Source: Candidatus Entotheonellaceae bacterium
Lineage (GTDB): Bacteria > Tectomicrobia > Entotheonellia > Entotheonellales > Entotheonellaceae
Reading direction: 5' to 3'
DNA length: 64,000 bases
NCBI GenBank assembly: GCA_965238075.1
Contig: OZ250173.1
Span: forward strand, 2,912,001 to 2,976,000
The translations under genes and the position numbers were made by a program. This document shows positions 1-10,460 of the stretch, in pieces. Position 1 is the first letter of the stretch. The number at the start of each line of letters is the position of its first letter. The notes below the pieces were generated by a model. That model saw only the letters and a list, made by a program, of their open reading frames with translations, made no database searches and was not told the origin of the DNA.

Positions 1-60
1 CCGACTCGCACTTTTCGTTCGCATAGTGGCATGACGAAGCGCACCACTGGTTTGAAATAA
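1..60 (+). CDS. rpsS: 30S ribosomal protein S19, 3' end (partial)
   Basis: Frame 1 reads PTRTFRSHSGMTKRTTGLK*, matching the S19 C-terminal PTRTFxxH motif. It lies directly upstream of rplV and is not in the ORF track. Confidence 0.9.
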   Translation, partial: PTRTFRSHSGMTKRTTGLK

Positions 61-106
61 CAAAGTGCGTCGACCTTGCATCGGTGCATAAGGAAAGCGT
101 CGTAAT

Positions 107-442
107 ATGAAAGCAAGCGTGACACATCTTCGGATTTCCCCGCGCAAGGTAAGGATGGTTGTTGATACCGTGCGTGGTAAGAGTGCCAGCCAAGCCATGG
201 ACATCTTGCGCTTCGCTCGTAAGAAGGCAGCCATGCCAGTGCAAAAGCTGCTTAAATCGGCTGTTGCAAATGCGGCGGAATATAACGGGGTCAGCAATGT
301 AGATGATCTGTTTATTGAACGTATCACTGTTGATGAAGGACCAACCATAAAGCGACATATGCCGAGGGCACGTGGCAGGGCCACTCCGATTCGCAAGCGT
401 ACGAGCCATGTACGGCTTGTTTTGCGCGAACGAGGCACTTGA
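107..442 (+). CDS. rplV: 50S ribosomal protein L22
   Basis: Motifs RISPRKVR, SAVANA and PRARGRATPIRKRTSH; S10 operon position. Confidence 0.98.
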   Translation: MKASVTHLRISPRKVRMVVDTVRGKSASQAMDILRFARKKAAMPVQKLLKSAVANAAEYNGVSNVDDLFIERITVDEGPTIKRHMPRARGRATPIRKRTSHVRLVLRERGT

Positions 443-461
443 TTCTTGAAAGGGGGGTATT

Positions 462-1139
462 GTGGGGCAAAAGGTTCATCCAATTGGCTTTCGATTGGGC
501 ATAAATAAAACCTGGCAGTCAAATTGGTATGCCCGAAAGAATTATGCTGATTTGTTGCACGAAGATTTTATGGTCAGGGGCTACATCAAGAAGCGCTTGT
601 ACCATGCTGGGATTTCGCGGGTGGAAATTGAGCGGGCGGCTAACCGTTCCAAGATCAATATTCACACTGCTCGCCCCGGAATTGTTATTGGCAAGCGGGG
701 CGCGGAAGTCGATAAGTTAAAAAACGAGCTGCAAAACCTGACGCAGAAACAGGTGTCTATAAACATCCGAGAAATTCGGAAGGCAGAAATTGACGCACAG
801 CTTATCGCAGAAAATATTGCCTTACAGTTGGAGCGCAGAGTGGCCTTTCGACGTGCAATGAAGAAGGCGATCACCTCTGCATTGCGTTTTGGAGCCAAAG
901 GCATTCGGGTTGAGTCTTCAGGACGGCTGGCTGGCGCTGAGATGGCTCGCCGTGAATGGTATCGTGAGGGAGGGGTACCTCTTCATACTTTGCGTGCCGA
1001 TATTGATTACGGTTTTGCTGAAGCAAAAACGACTTACGGCCAGGTGGGTGTGAAGGTGTGGGTGTACAAGGGGGTGTTCGTGACACCTGAACAAGACGGG
1101 CAAGCTCTTGATGGCCCGCGCCCACGTCGGCGCCGCTAG
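462..1139 (+). CDS. rpsC: 30S ribosomal protein S3
   Basis: Motifs [24 protein letters not shown] and [11 protein letters not shown]. Confidence 0.98.
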   Translation: MGQKVHPIGFRLGINKTWQSNWYARKNYADLLHEDFMVRGYIKKRLYHAGISRVEIERAANRSKINIHTARPGIVIGKRGAEVDKLKNELQNLTQKQVSINIREIRKAEIDAQLIAENIALQLERRVAFRRAMKKAITSALRFGAKGIRVESSGRLAGAEMARREWYREGGVPLHTLRADIDYGFAEAKTTYGQVGVKVWVYKGVFVTPEQDGQALDGPRPRRRR

Positions 1140-1156
1140 CGGAGGTAATTTAACTT

Positions 1157-1564
1157 ATGTTAATGCCACGAAAGACAAAATTCCGGAAGCAGCACCGTGG
1201 ACGCAGAACAGGTCAGGCGAGTCGCGGCAGTACGATCAGTTTCGGTCAATATGCCTTGCAGGCCCTTGAGCCAGCTTGGATAACAAGCCGACATATCGAA
1301 GCAGGTCGTATTGCCATGACACGGCACGTCCGGCGTGGCGGCAATGTATGGATTCGCATTTTCCCCGATAAGCCAGTCTCAAAAAAACCCGCTGAAACGC
1401 GCATGGGTAAAGGTAAGGGGGGGCCGGAATTTTGGGTGGCTGTTGTGAAACCTGGACGTATCCTCTACGAAATGGATGGTGTGGCTGAAGACGTAGCAAG
1501 AGAGGCTATGCGTCTGGCATCCCACAAGCTCCCCATCGCCACTCGTTTTCTCACAAAAGACTAA
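1157..1564 (+). CDS. rplP: 50S ribosomal protein L16
   Basis: Motifs [12 protein letters not shown] and [12 protein letters not shown]. Confidence 0.98.
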   Translation: MLMPRKTKFRKQHRGRRTGQASRGSTISFGQYALQALEPAWITSRHIEAGRIAMTRHVRRGGNVWIRIFPDKPVSKKPAETRMGKGKGGPEFWVAVVKPGRILYEMDGVAEDVAREAMRLASHKLPIATRFLTKD

Positions 1565-1613
1565 CCTGCGGGCGTCGTGGTGGATGTATTGTCCGAGAGC
1601 GCATGGTCGCGAT

Positions 1614-1652
1614 AAAACTTGCCCCTCGCCGTTCACAGGCGGGAGGGGTTTT
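1614..1652 (+). terminator. Terminator-like hairpin inside the S10 operon (rplP-rpmC spacer)
   Basis: AAAAC..CCCCTC-GCC/GTTCACA/GGC-GG-GAGGGG followed by TTTT. Confidence 0.4.
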
Positions 1653-1767
1653 CTGAGGTCGGTGGCTGCTGACGCAAGTCAGTCAGGAGCAACGCAAGCA
1701 AAGTGCAACATTTGGTTGATTAACGCGTCTAGTTAGAGATCAGAGGCACCACTATGAGGGTAGCGCG

Positions 1768-1974
1768 GTGAAAGCATCGGTTTTGCGTGAGCTTACCGAA
1801 GACGAGCTGGACCAGAAATACAAAGAGTTGACCGAAGAACTATTTAATCTTCGCTTTCAACTGGCGACAAGCCAAATCGAAAATGTTGGCCGTATGCGGG
1901 TTGTACGGCGAGATATTGCTCGCATGAAGACCATTCAGCGTGAGCGCCAATTGGCCTCTGCAAAGCACGGTTAG
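1768..1974 (+). CDS. rpmC: 50S ribosomal protein L29
   Basis: Motif [12 protein letters not shown]...RRDIARMKT. Confidence 0.97.
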   Translation: MKASVLRELTEDELDQKYKELTEELFNLRFQLATSQIENVGRMRVVRRDIARMKTIQRERQLASAKHG

Positions 1975-1987
1975 AGGGACATCGGAA

Positions 1988-2287
1988 ATGGTAGCGCACA
2001 AGAGGAAAATCCTACTCGGAGAAGTGGTGAGTGACCGTATGCATAAAACCATCACGGTCGTGGTCGAGCGACGGGTTCGCCACCCAATATACGAACGAGT
2101 TATCAGGCGTAGTAAGAAATATCATGCTCACGATGAGCGGAATCAATGCCAGATAGGCGATGTGGTGCGGATTGTCGAAACGCGCCCACTTAGTCGGACG
2201 AAGCGTTGGCGTTTACAAGAAATCGTGCGTCGTCGTATAGACGCTACGTCGGCGTCGGCCACCGTGTCTGAGGGACAAGACGAGTGA
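1988..2287 (+). CDS. rpsQ: 30S ribosomal protein S17
   Basis: Motifs [22 protein letters not shown] and [11 protein letters not shown]. Start moved to ATG 1988. Confidence 0.97.
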   Translation: MVAHKRKILLGEVVSDRMHKTITVVVERRVRHPIYERVIRRSKKYHAHDERNQCQIGDVVRIVETRPLSRTKRWRLQEIVRRRIDATSASATVSEGQDE

Positions 2288-2652
2288 TACAGAAAGAGAC
2301 GGTTCTCAATGTGGCCGATAATTCCGGCGCTCGTAAGGTGAAGTGTTTCCATGTGCTTGGGGGGACAAGGAGACGCTACGCGCATGTGGGAGATGTGGTT
2401 GTCGTTTCTGTGAAGGAGGCCCTACCCAATGCCGCCGTCAGGAAGGGCGATGTGCGCCGGGCAGTTGTAGTCCGCACAAGGAAAGAGATTCGCAGAATTG
2501 ATGGTACCTACATCCGTTTTGACGACAATGCGGCAGTGATCATAAATGATGCGGGAGAACCTATTGGGACGCGCATTTTTGGACCTGTGCCGCGTGAGTT
2601 GCGTGCTAAAGGCTATATGAAAATCATCTCTTTGGCGCCGGAAGTGCTTTGA
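2284..2652 (+). CDS. rplN: 50S ribosomal protein L14
   Basis: Motifs [22 protein letters not shown] and SLAPEVL. Confidence 0.98.
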   Translation: MIQKETVLNVADNSGARKVKCFHVLGGTRRRYAHVGDVVVVSVKEALPNAAVRKGDVRRAVVVRTRKEIRRIDGTYIRFDDNAAVIINDAGEPIGTRIFGPVPRELRAKGYMKIISLAPEVL

Positions 2653-2659
2653 TGGCATA

Positions 2660-3025
2660 GTGAAGGAGCAGTGTATGGCGCGGGCAGGACATGTTGCTTC
2701 CCAGGGGCGGGGGCATGTCAGGAAAGACGATATCGTTAAAGTGATCGCCGGCAAAGACCGCGGTAAACAGGGCAAAGTTTTGCGGGTCTTTCCCAAGGAA
2801 GGGCGTTTGACTGTAGAGCGTGTGAACATGATAAAGCGCCATACTCGCCCAACTCGACAGACGCAGCAAGGTGGCATTATTGAACGCGAGGGGAAACTAC
2901 ACATTTCCAACGTGATGCTTGTATGTAGCCGATGCAGTCGCGGCGTCCGAGTCGGTCGCCGGTTCCTTGAGGACGGCAATAAGGTGCGTATTTGCCGTGC
3001 GTGTAGCGAGGTTCTTGACAAGTAG
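2660..3025 (+). CDS. rplX: 50S ribosomal protein L24
   Basis: KOW motif VIAGKDRGKQGKV, plus GGIIEREGKLHISNV. True start may be ATG 2675. Confidence 0.96.
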   Translation: MKEQCMARAGHVASQGRGHVRKDDIVKVIAGKDRGKQGKVLRVFPKEGRLTVERVNMIKRHTRPTRQTQQGGIIEREGKLHISNVMLVCSRCSRGVRVGRRFLEDGNKVRICRACSEVLDK

Positions 3026-3052
3026 CGAAATCAGGAAGTGAGGTCGTAAAGT

Positions 3053-3601
3053 ATGGCCTATGTGTCGCGAATACATCAGTACTATCTTGGTGAAGTCGTG
3101 CCTGCGTTACAGCAACGGTTTGGCTACGGCAATGTCATGGAAGTTCCAAGGCTTAATAAAATTGTGTTGAACATGGGGCTTGGAGAGGCAATTCAAAATG
3201 CAAAGCTGCTGGACGGCGGAATGGAGCAGCTTGCTACCATCTCAGGTCAAAAACCAATTATCACCAAGGCACGGAAATCGATCGCCGTATACAAGTTGCG
3301 CGAGGGTATGTCCATAGGCGTGAAAGTAACCCTGCGGCGAGACCGAATGTATGATTTTTTTGATCGCTTGGTCAATGTCGCGCTACCCCGTGTGCGCGAC
3401 TTTCGGGGCGTTACCGCCAATGCTTTTGATGGTCGTGGTAACTTCACGCTGGGAGTCGAGGAGCAAGTAATTTTCCCGGAGATTGACTACGATAAGATCG
3501 AGAAGATCAAAGGCTTCGCCGTTACAATAGTTAGCTCGGCTCGGACCGATGCGGAGGGTCGTGAGCTTCTTCGATTACTCGGGATGCCCTTCCGAACTTA
3601 A
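3053..3601 (+). CDS. rplE: 50S ribosomal protein L5
   Basis: Motifs [18 protein letters not shown] and [10 protein letters not shown]. Confidence 0.98.
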   Translation: MAYVSRIHQYYLGEVVPALQQRFGYGNVMEVPRLNKIVLNMGLGEAIQNAKLLDGGMEQLATISGQKPIITKARKSIAVYKLREGMSIGVKVTLRRDRMYDFFDRLVNVALPRVRDFRGVTANAFDGRGNFTLGVEEQVIFPEIDYDKIEKIKGFAVTIVSSARTDAEGRELLRLLGMPFRT

Positions 3602-3631
3602 AGGGTCTGGCATCAGGAACGAGAGGTAGGC

Positions 3632-3817
3632 ATGGCCAAGAAAGCATTGATTAACAAAGCAAACAGGACACCGAAGTTCAAAGTGCGAAAATACTCACGT
3701 TGTCGTCTGTGTGGAAGGTCCCGTGGTTACTTGCGCAAGTTTGCCTTATGCCGGATTCATTTTCGTGATCTGGCCTTGCGGGGTGAGATTCCCGGCGTTG
3801 TAAAGTCTAGTTGGTAA
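3632..3817 (+). CDS. rpsN: 30S ribosomal protein S14, short zinc-ribbon type
   Basis: 61 aa, CRLCGR...CRIHFR...[11 protein letters not shown]. The fourth ligand is His rather than Cys. Confidence 0.96.
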   Translation: MAKKALINKANRTPKFKVRKYSRCRLCGRSRGYLRKFALCRIHFRDLALRGEIPGVVKSSW

Positions 3818-3856
3818 TGTGTTCCTTCAAGCTGATTGGTTGGAGTGGCCTGTCAT

Positions 3857-4255
3857 ATGATGACTGATCCTATTGCTGACATGCTGACGCGGATGCGCAA
3901 TGCCATAGCGGTGCAGCACGAACGGGTTCCTATGCCTTCATCCCGAATGAAGTTGGCGATCGCACAGCTTCTGAAACAGGAAGGTTATATCCAAGATTTC
4001 AACATGCAGAAGGAGTCGCGTCCGCAGGGTCTTTTGGAGATTGTGCTCAAGTACGATTCGACGAGCAGAAGTGTTATTCGTGGTTTACGAAAAATGAGTA
4101 CACCAGGAAAACGTCGTTATGTTTCGTGCAAGGCAATGCCAAGGGTCTTGGAGGGCTTAGGTATTGCCATTGTTTCAACATCTCGAGGGCTTTTGACTGA
4201 CCGGCAGTGCATTGCGGAAAATGTGGGCGGAGAAGTTGTTTGCTTCGTTTGGTAG
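3857..4255 (+). CDS. rpsH: 30S ribosomal protein S8
   Basis: Motifs TDPIADMLTRMRNA, GLGIAIVSTSRG and GGEVVCFVW. Start moved to ATG 3857. Confidence 0.98.
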   Translation: MMTDPIADMLTRMRNAIAVQHERVPMPSSRMKLAIAQLLKQEGYIQDFNMQKESRPQGLLEIVLKYDSTSRSVIRGLRKMSTPGKRRYVSCKAMPRVLEGLGIAIVSTSRGLLTDRQCIAENVGGEVVCFVW

Positions 4256-4276
4256 TGGATCGAAGGGGTTGATACG

Positions 4277-4807
4277 ATGTCACGGATTGGCCGGATGCCC
4301 GTAGTTATTCCTACAGACGTAGATGTGCGGCTTGGTGAAGACAATTTTGTGGAGGTCAAGGGGCCTAGGGGAACCTTAGCCCGTACGCTGCATCCACGCG
4401 TTGTGTTGCGGCAGGAGGGTAATCAAATCACGGTGTTGCGGCAAAGTGATGCCAAATTGGATAAGTCCCTTCACGGTCTTAGTCGAACATTGTTGGACAA
4501 CATGATAGTAGGAGTGACAACCGGATATGAAAAACAACTGGAGATTGTTTGGGGTGGATTTCGGGCGCAGTTGCAAAATCGCACTCTGACATTGCAATTG
4601 GGGCATTCCCACCCGATTATCTATGACGCGCCTGAAGGTGTCGAATTTGAGTTGAATCGGTCTCTTATTACAGTCCGGGGAATCAGCAAGGAATTGGTGG
4701 GGCAGACAGCAGCCAATATACGCGCTATACGAAAGCCGGAACCTTATAAGGGAAAGGGAATCAAATACACCACGGAGATTATCCGTCGCAAGGAGGGTAA
4801 GTCATAG
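4277..4807 (+). CDS. rplF: 50S ribosomal protein L6
   Basis: Motifs [15 protein letters not shown] and [11 protein letters not shown]. Confidence 0.98.
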   Translation: MSRIGRMPVVIPTDVDVRLGEDNFVEVKGPRGTLARTLHPRVVLRQEGNQITVLRQSDAKLDKSLHGLSRTLLDNMIVGVTTGYEKQLEIVWGGFRAQLQNRTLTLQLGHSHPIIYDAPEGVEFELNRSLITVRGISKELVGQTAANIRAIRKPEPYKGKGIKYTTEIIRRKEGKS

Positions 4808-4811
4808 CATC

Positions 4812-5180
4812 ATGGGTAATCCGGCAAATAGACTGCGCGCACGGGAGCGACGGAGAAGACGGGTACGGGTTAAAGTCCGAGGCACGCCACAAAGACCACG
4901 TCTTTCGGTGTTCCGAAGTGCAAAGCATGTTTACGCACAAATCATAGATGATGTATCAAATCGTGTTTTGGCTTCCGCGTCGAGCATGACTGGAGAGTTC
5001 CGCGCTACGGGTGTGAATGGTGGTAATGTTGCGGGAGCAACCCTTGTCGGTGAGCTGGTTGCAGGAAAGGCCAAAGAGAAGGGTATCCAGCGTGTCGTGT
5101 TTGACCGTAATGGTTTTCTCTATCATGGGCGTGTGAAGGCTGTGGCGACGGCAGCACGTGAGAACGGCTTGGAATTTTAG
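4812..5180 (+). CDS. rplR: 50S ribosomal protein L18
   Basis: Motifs [23 protein letters not shown] and ARENGLEF. Confidence 0.98.
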   Translation: MGNPANRLRARERRRRRVRVKVRGTPQRPRLSVFRSAKHVYAQIIDDVSNRVLASASSMTGEFRATGVNGGNVAGATLVGELVAGKAKEKGIQRVVFDRNGFLYHGRVKAVATAARENGLEF

Positions 5181-5217
5181 CCATCGTAAGTGCGAATATC
5201 AGGGCGAAGGAGAGTGG

Positions 5218-5721
5218 GTGGTCGAAACAGGTGCTGCACAAACCGAATACGTCGATAAAATTGTGCACGTGAATCGGGTGGCGAAGGTCGTAAAGGGCGG
5301 CAGGCGTTTCAGTTTCAGTGCCCTTGTAGTGGTAGGCAACCGTGCTGGCCGGGTTGGTGTTGGGCTTGGCAAAGCGAATGAGGTGCCAGAAGCCATTCGG
5401 AAAGCCGTAGACAAAGCCAAAAAGAATCTGTACGCCGTCCCGTTAGCCGACACAACCATCCCGCACAGCGTTTTGGGCCACTATGGAGCAGGTCGTGTGC
5501 TGCTCAAGCCTGCTGCTCGTGGCACCGGGATTACGGCGGGTGGTCCTGTTCGCGCTGTCCTGGAGGCTGTCGGGATAGGTGACATCCTGACCAAATCCCT
5601 CGGGACGAATAATCCCCACAACGTCGTTAAGGCCACGATGGAAGGACTGCTGCAGTTACGGAGCAGTCGCGAGATTGCCCGGGTGCGCAATATTAAACAT
5701 GAAGAGTTACGAGTTCGATAG
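5218..5721 (+). CDS. rpsE: 30S ribosomal protein S5
   Basis: Motifs [16 protein letters not shown] and [13 protein letters not shown] 5218 follows a GAAGGAG RBS. Confidence 0.97.
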   Translation: MVETGAAQTEYVDKIVHVNRVAKVVKGGRRFSFSALVVVGNRAGRVGVGLGKANEVPEAIRKAVDKAKKNLYAVPLADTTIPHSVLGHYGAGRVLLKPAARGTGITAGGPVRAVLEAVGIGDILTKSLGTNNPHNVVKATMEGLLQLRSSREIARVRNIKHEELRVR

Positions 5722-5732
5722 AGGTCTTAACA

Positions 5733-5918
5733 ATGGCAAGCAGCAAGAAGATCGCAATACGGTTGACACGAAGTGCAATTGGACGGCCTGCGAAACAGCG
5801 GTGTGTGCTGCGCGGGATGGGATTAACCAAGTTGCACAAGGTGGTTGAATTGCCGGACACGCCTCAGACTCAAGGCATGATCGATAAAGTGAGGCATTTG
5901 GTTCGCATTGAGTCATAA
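5733..5918 (+). CDS. rpmD: 50S ribosomal protein L30
   Basis: Motifs RSAIGRP and GMIDKVRHLV; synteny. Confidence 0.95.
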   Translation: MASSKKIAIRLTRSAIGRPAKQRCVLRGMGLTKLHKVVELPDTPQTQGMIDKVRHLVRIES

Positions 5919-5948
5919 GAGCACGACACGAGCCTTCTCGGAGACAAT

Positions 5949-6398
5949 ATGGCAACACTCAGTTCTCTTCATCCTTCGGTCGGTGCCCGTAGGGCGCCTA
6001 AGCGTGTAGGCCGTGGTCCTGGTTCGGGTCACGGCAAGACGGCTTCGCGTGGGCACAAAGGGCTGAACGCGCGTTCTGGAGGTGGCCGTGGCCCCGGATT
6101 CGAAGGTGGCCAAATGCCTTTACAGAGACGCCTCCCAAAACGGGGTTTCACCAATATCTTTAAGGTTGAATATCAGATTGTTAATGTGGGCGATCTGAAT
6201 TCCTTTGAGAGCCAGACTGTGGTAACGCCTTCAGTGCTGCAAGAAGCTGGGAAGATCAGATCCCTAAGGAAACCGGTTAAGATATTGGGAGAAGGTGATC
6301 TAGCTGTTTCTTTGACCATAAAGGCGGATAAACTCAGTCAAACTGCCAAGCAAAAAATTGTAGATGCCGGTGGGAATGTGGAGGAGGGGCCTGCGTGA
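5949..6398 (+). CDS. rplO: 50S ribosomal protein L15
   Basis: Motifs RVGRGPGSGHGKT and FEGGQMPLQRRLPKRGF. Confidence 0.98.
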   Translation: MATLSSLHPSVGARRAPKRVGRGPGSGHGKTASRGHKGLNARSGGGRGPGFEGGQMPLQRRLPKRGFTNIFKVEYQIVNVGDLNSFESQTVVTPSVLQEAGKIRSLRKPVKILGEGDLAVSLTIKADKLSQTAKQKIVDAGGNVEEGPA

Positions 6399-7711
6399 TC
6401 GACGGGGTTCAAAACGTATTCAAGATTCCAGAATTGAGAAGACGAATCCTCTACACCTTTGCGTTGTTGGCGGTTTATCGTGTGGGAGCCTTCATTCCAA
6501 CGCCAGGTATTGACGGCCAGGCTTTGACTCGGTATTTCGAAAGCGTGCAAGGTACCATCCTGGGATTCTTTAACATGTTTTCAGGTGGCGCCTTGCGACA
6601 GATGGCAGTGTTCGCACTAGGCATTATGCCATACATTAGTGCATCCATTATTCTTGAATTGCTTACTGTTGTTGTACCTCACCTTGAAAGACTGAAGAAA
6701 GAGGGTGAGCAAGGACGAAAGAAGATCAGTCAATATACCCGCTATGGTACTGTGGTACTTAGTTTGGTTCAAGGCTTGGGTATTTCCATTGGCCTTGAAA
6801 ATATGGAAATGGGCGGGGCATCAGTCGTACCGGTTTCTGGCTGGGGATTTAGGGTGATGACGATGCTCACGTTGACTGCGGGTACGACATTCCTTATGTG
6901 GTTAGGGGAGCAGATTACAGAGCGTGGCATTGGTAATGGCATATCGCTTCTGATTTTTGCCGGGATCGTTTCTGGGATGCCATCCGCCGCAGGTTCTACT
7001 TGGACGCAATTGCGTTTGGGAGAGATGAGTCCTTTTCTCTTTCTTCTTCTCGTAGCCGTGATGGTTATCGTAGTGGCTGCAATCGTTTTTATGGAAGCTG
7101 GCCATCGGAAGATCCCAATTCAATACGCGAAGCGTGTGGTTGGACGGCGTATGTATGGTGGGCAGAATACCCATTTGCCACTGAAGATTAACACTTCGGG
7201 TGTCATCCCGCCGATTTTTGCCTCTTCTATCATGGTTTTCCCTGCGACCATTGCCCAGTTCGCCGGCGGTCAGAACGCCGGTGGCATATTGGACAACATT
7301 GTTCAACAACTGTCGCCGGGAACCCTGCTTTACTCTGTCTTGACCGTAGTTTTGATCATCTTTTTCGCCTATTTTTATACAGCCATCATTTTTAACCCTG
7401 TTGATGTCGCCGACAACATGCGGAAATATGGAGGGTACGTGCCGGGTATCCGTCCAGGCAGGAGGACAGCGGAGTTTATTGACCGTACGTTATCGCGCCT
7501 AACCCTGGCGGGCGCGCTTTACTTGTCTTGCATCGTTATTCTTCCCACTTACTTAGTGTTATTTCTTCAAGTGCCCTTTTTTTTCGGCGGCACAGGGCTC
7601 CTCATCGTGGTTGGTGTAGCTATGGACACAATGCAGCAAGTGGAATCCCATTTGGTCATGCGCCACTACGATACATTCATGAAAAAAGGGCGGCTGAAAG
7701 GCCGCCGGTAG
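6395..7711 (+). CDS. secY: Preprotein translocase subunit SecY
   Basis: Motifs ALGIMPYISASII, WLGEQITERGIGNG, GVIPPIFA, PGIRPG and FGGTGLLIVV. Confidence 0.99.
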   Translation: MIDGVQNVFKIPELRRRILYTFALLAVYRVGAFIPTPGIDGQALTRYFESVQGTILGFFNMFSGGALRQMAVFALGIMPYISASIILELLTVVVPHLERLKKEGEQGRKKISQYTRYGTVVLSLVQGLGISIGLENMEMGGASVVPVSGWGFRVMTMLTLTAGTTFLMWLGEQITERGIGNGISLLIFAGIVSGMPSAAGSTWTQLRLGEMSPFLFLLLVAVMVIVVAAIVFMEAGHRKIPIQYAKRVVGRRMYGGQNTHLPLKINTSGVIPPIFASSIMVFPATIAQFAGGQNAGGILDNIVQQLSPGTLLYSVLTVVLIIFFAYFYTAIIFNPVDVADNMRKYGGYVPGIRPGRRTAEFIDRTLSRLTLAGALYLSCIVILPTYLVLFLQVPFFFGGTGLLIVVGVAMDTMQQVESHLVMRHYDTFMKKGRLKGRR

Positions 7712-7745
7712 AATCGTATAACAACAAACAGCGCTGTAACGGATC

Positions 7746-8495
7746 ATGATTACCTATCGGTCGCCACGCGAAATTGAAAGGATTAGGGAAAGTTGCCAGT
7801 TAGTAGCAGAGACACTGCAACGCTTGCAGCCAATGATTGAGCCTGGGAGAACCACGGACGAGCTTGATCGTACTGCCGAGGCTTTCATTCGTAAACAGGG
7901 AGGCCTCTCGGCATTTAAGGGTTATCGAGGATTTCCTGCAACATTGTGCACCTCCATCAACTCCGAGGTTGTACATGGCATTCCATCTAAGAAACGGAAA
8001 CTGAGAGAGGGCGATATCATCGGAGTCGACTGCGGTGCAATTGTCGATGGCTATTATGGAGACCACGCCATCACTTTCCCTGTTGGCACTATCGATCAGG
8101 ACTTGCAGTCCCTTATCGAGGACACCCGCGGTGCTCTGAATGCAGGAATTACTCAAGCCCGAATCGGCAATTACCTGTCCGATATTTCGCACACAATTCA
8201 AACTTTCGCTGAACAGCGAGGTTATGGGGTCGTAAAGGATTTTGTTGGACACGGTATTGGCACGGAGTTGCACGAAGAACCACAGGTTCCCAACTTTGGC
8301 CCACCGAGGCGTGGGCCACGCTTACGTGAAGGCATGGTGTTGGCACTGGAACCCATGTTGAATCTGGGTACTTGTGACGTGCATATTCTGAAGGATAATT
8401 GGACTGTCATTACCGACGACGGCAAGCCGTCGGCTCATTTTGAGCACACCATTACGGTAGCTGAAGGGGGCGGCATCATCCTCAGTCAGCTTTGA
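7746..8495 (+). CDS. map: Methionine aminopeptidase type I
   Basis: Motifs [28 protein letters not shown] and SAHFEHT. Confidence 0.98.
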   Translation: MITYRSPREIERIRESCQLVAETLQRLQPMIEPGRTTDELDRTAEAFIRKQGGLSAFKGYRGFPATLCTSINSEVVHGIPSKKRKLREGDIIGVDCGAIVDGYYGDHAITFPVGTIDQDLQSLIEDTRGALNAGITQARIGNYLSDISHTIQTFAEQRGYGVVKDFVGHGIGTELHEEPQVPNFGPPRRGPRLREGMVLALEPMLNLGTCDVHILKDNWTVITDDGKPSAHFEHTITVAEGGGIILSQL

Positions 8496-8526
8496 CAAGC
8501 GACACTATTGCGGCACATTGGAGATT

Positions 8527-8745
8527 ATGGAAAAGGAAGAAATTATAGCTGTTGAAGGCACGGTGGTCGAGCCTTTACCTAATGCTATGTTTAAGGTAGA
8601 GCTTGAGAACAAGCATGTAGTCTTGGCACATATTTCGGGCCGGATGCGGATGCATTTCATCCGTATTCTTCCTGGAGATAAGGTGAAATTGGAATTGTCA
8701 CCCTATGACCTGACTCGGGGGCGAATTGTTTATCGCTTCAAGTGA
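8527..8745 (+). CDS. infA: Translation initiation factor IF-1
   Basis: Motifs [12 protein letters not shown] and [19 protein letters not shown]. Confidence 0.98.
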   Translation: MEKEEIIAVEGTVVEPLPNAMFKVELENKHVVLAHISGRMRMHFIRILPGDKVKLELSPYDLTRGRIVYRFK

Positions 8746-8804
8746 TGTCGCGTCGCGATGGTGTGAGTAAAACTCAAAGAGACGTTGAGTGCGAGGGTAA
8801 CAAC

Positions 8805-8918
8805 ATGAAAGTTCGTGCTTCGGTGAAGCCGATCTGTGCGAAGTGCAAGGTCGTCCGTCGTAAGGGTATTGTGCGGATTCTTTGCGAAAACTCGCGCCAT
8901 AAGCAACGGCAGGGCTAA
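8805..8918 (+). CDS. rpmJ: 50S ribosomal protein L36, zinc-binding form
   Basis: Read by hand: [37 protein letters not shown] (37 aa), below the ORF-track cutoff. Confidence 0.97.
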   Translation: MKVRASVKPICAKCKVVRRKGIVRILCENSRHKQRQG

Positions 8919-8937
8919 ACAGGAAAGGGAACAGAAG

Positions 8938-9309
8938 ATGGCTCGTATAGCTGGAGCTGACATTCCAAACGAAAAACGAGTCGAAGTCGCTTTGACATAC
9001 ATCTACGGCATTGGTCCTACTTCTGCGAAGAAGATATTGCAAGCTACGGCGGTTGATCCCGACACACGCGTGAAGGCACTGACCGAGAGTGATATTACCC
9101 GACTCCGTGAGGTGATCGAGGAGCAATACTCCGTAGAAGGCGACTTGCGTCGGGAAGTGGCAATGAATATCAAGCGACTCATGGACGTGGGAGCTTATCG
9201 TGGCTTGAGACATCGTCGTGGATTGCCGGTCCGAGGCCAACGGACCCGGACCAACTCTCGCACACGTAAGGGCCCACGGCGTATGATTGGTCGCAAGGGC
9301 AAGAAATAG
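8938..9309 (+). CDS. rpsM: 30S ribosomal protein S13
   Basis: Motifs [14 protein letters not shown] and [12 protein letters not shown]. Start ATG 8938. Confidence 0.98.
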   Translation: MARIAGADIPNEKRVEVALTYIYGIGPTSAKKILQATAVDPDTRVKALTESDITRLREVIEEQYSVEGDLRREVAMNIKRLMDVGAYRGLRHRRGLPVRGQRTRTNSRTRKGPRRMIGRKGKK

Positions 9310-9318
9310 AGGGCATAC

Positions 9319-9714
9319 ATGGCAGAGTCAAGGCGTAAAGAGGGGAAACGTCGCCGTGAACGGCGTACGGTTGCAGAAGGTGTGGTGCACGTTAAATCGA
9401 CCTTCAACAACACGATTATTACCATAACCGACGGCGGGGGCAACGCGTTGGCTTGGGCCAGTGCGGGAGGACAGGGTTTCCGAGGCTCGCGTAAGAGCAC
9501 ACCTTTTGCGGCCCAAACTGCCGCCGAGCAAGTCGCTCGCAAGGTGATTGATCAAGGCATGAGAAAAGTGGATGTATTGGTTAAAGGACCTGGTTCGGGA
9601 CGCGAGGCTGCTATTCGTGCATTGCAAGCAGCCGGTCTTGAGGTAAGTGTTATTCGCGATGTAACGCCGATACCGCACAATGGCCCGCGCCCACCGAAAA
9701 AACGGCGCGTTTAG
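9319..9714 (+). CDS. rpsK: 30S ribosomal protein S11
   Basis: Motifs [21 protein letters not shown] and DVTPIPHNG. Confidence 0.98.
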   Translation: MAESRRKEGKRRRERRTVAEGVVHVKSTFNNTIITITDGGGNALAWASAGGQGFRGSRKSTPFAAQTAAEQVARKVIDQGMRKVDVLVKGPGSGREAAIRALQAAGLEVSVIRDVTPIPHNGPRPPKKRRV

Positions 9715-9737
9715 AGAAGAGGGAGGTTAGAACAAGC

Positions 9738-10364
9738 GTGGCAAGATACACGGATGCTGTCTGCCGATTGTGTCGTCGGGAAAACATGAAACTTTATCTC
9801 AAAGGCGATCGCTGTTTGAGCGATAAATGCGCCATTAACCGGCGCAACTACGTTCCAGGTCAGCATGGACAGAGGCGGACAAAACTTTCGGAATACGGCT
9901 TGCAATTGCGTGAAAAGCAAAAGGTCAAACGGACGTATGGCGTATTGGAATCTCAGTTCAGACGTTATTTTGCACGGGCATCACGTTCGAAGGAAGTAAC
10001 GGGTTCGGAGCTTTTGGTACTTTTGGAACGTCGATTGGATAATGTCCTCTATGTCATGGGCTTTGCTGAGTCTCGCGCCCAAGCACGGCAGCTTGTTCGC
10101 CACGGCCATTTCCGCGTCAACGGCCGTAAAACAAACATCCCGTCGTTTCTTGTCAAACAGGGTGACGTTATAGAACCTCGAGAAAAGAGTCGTGAAATAG
10201 AAGTGCTCCGTAGCGGCATGCAGCGTCACGACCAAAGACAAATTCCTGAATGGGTTCATGTCGATACGGAGAACATGCGTGGTGTGGTGCAGGCGCTGCC
10301 GAAACGAGACGACATCACGCTGTCATTCCAAGAACAGCTTGTAGTTGAACTCTACTCGAAATAA
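9738..10364 (+). CDS. rpsD: 30S ribosomal protein S4, zinc-binding form
   Basis: Motifs CRLCRRE...C...C, PGQHGQ, LERRLDN and VVELYSK. Confidence 0.98.
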   Translation: MARYTDAVCRLCRRENMKLYLKGDRCLSDKCAINRRNYVPGQHGQRRTKLSEYGLQLREKQKVKRTYGVLESQFRRYFARASRSKEVTGSELLVLLERRLDNVLYVMGFAESRAQARQLVRHGHFRVNGRKTNIPSFLVKQGDVIEPREKSREIEVLRSGMQRHDQRQIPEWVHVDTENMRGVVQALPKRDDITLSFQEQLVVELYSK

Positions 10365-10460
10365 AGGGCTGACCTACCAACAATGTCCTCGTGCAGTCGT
10401 ACTCGCCCCGTGTCTTTTTAACACAACAAGTTTCGGGAAACGTAGAAGGAGCGTTGTAGC

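Noticed and set aside
3632..3817. S14 with CxxC..CxxH as a novelty
   Set aside because: His can serve as the fourth Zn ligand; this is a minor variation.
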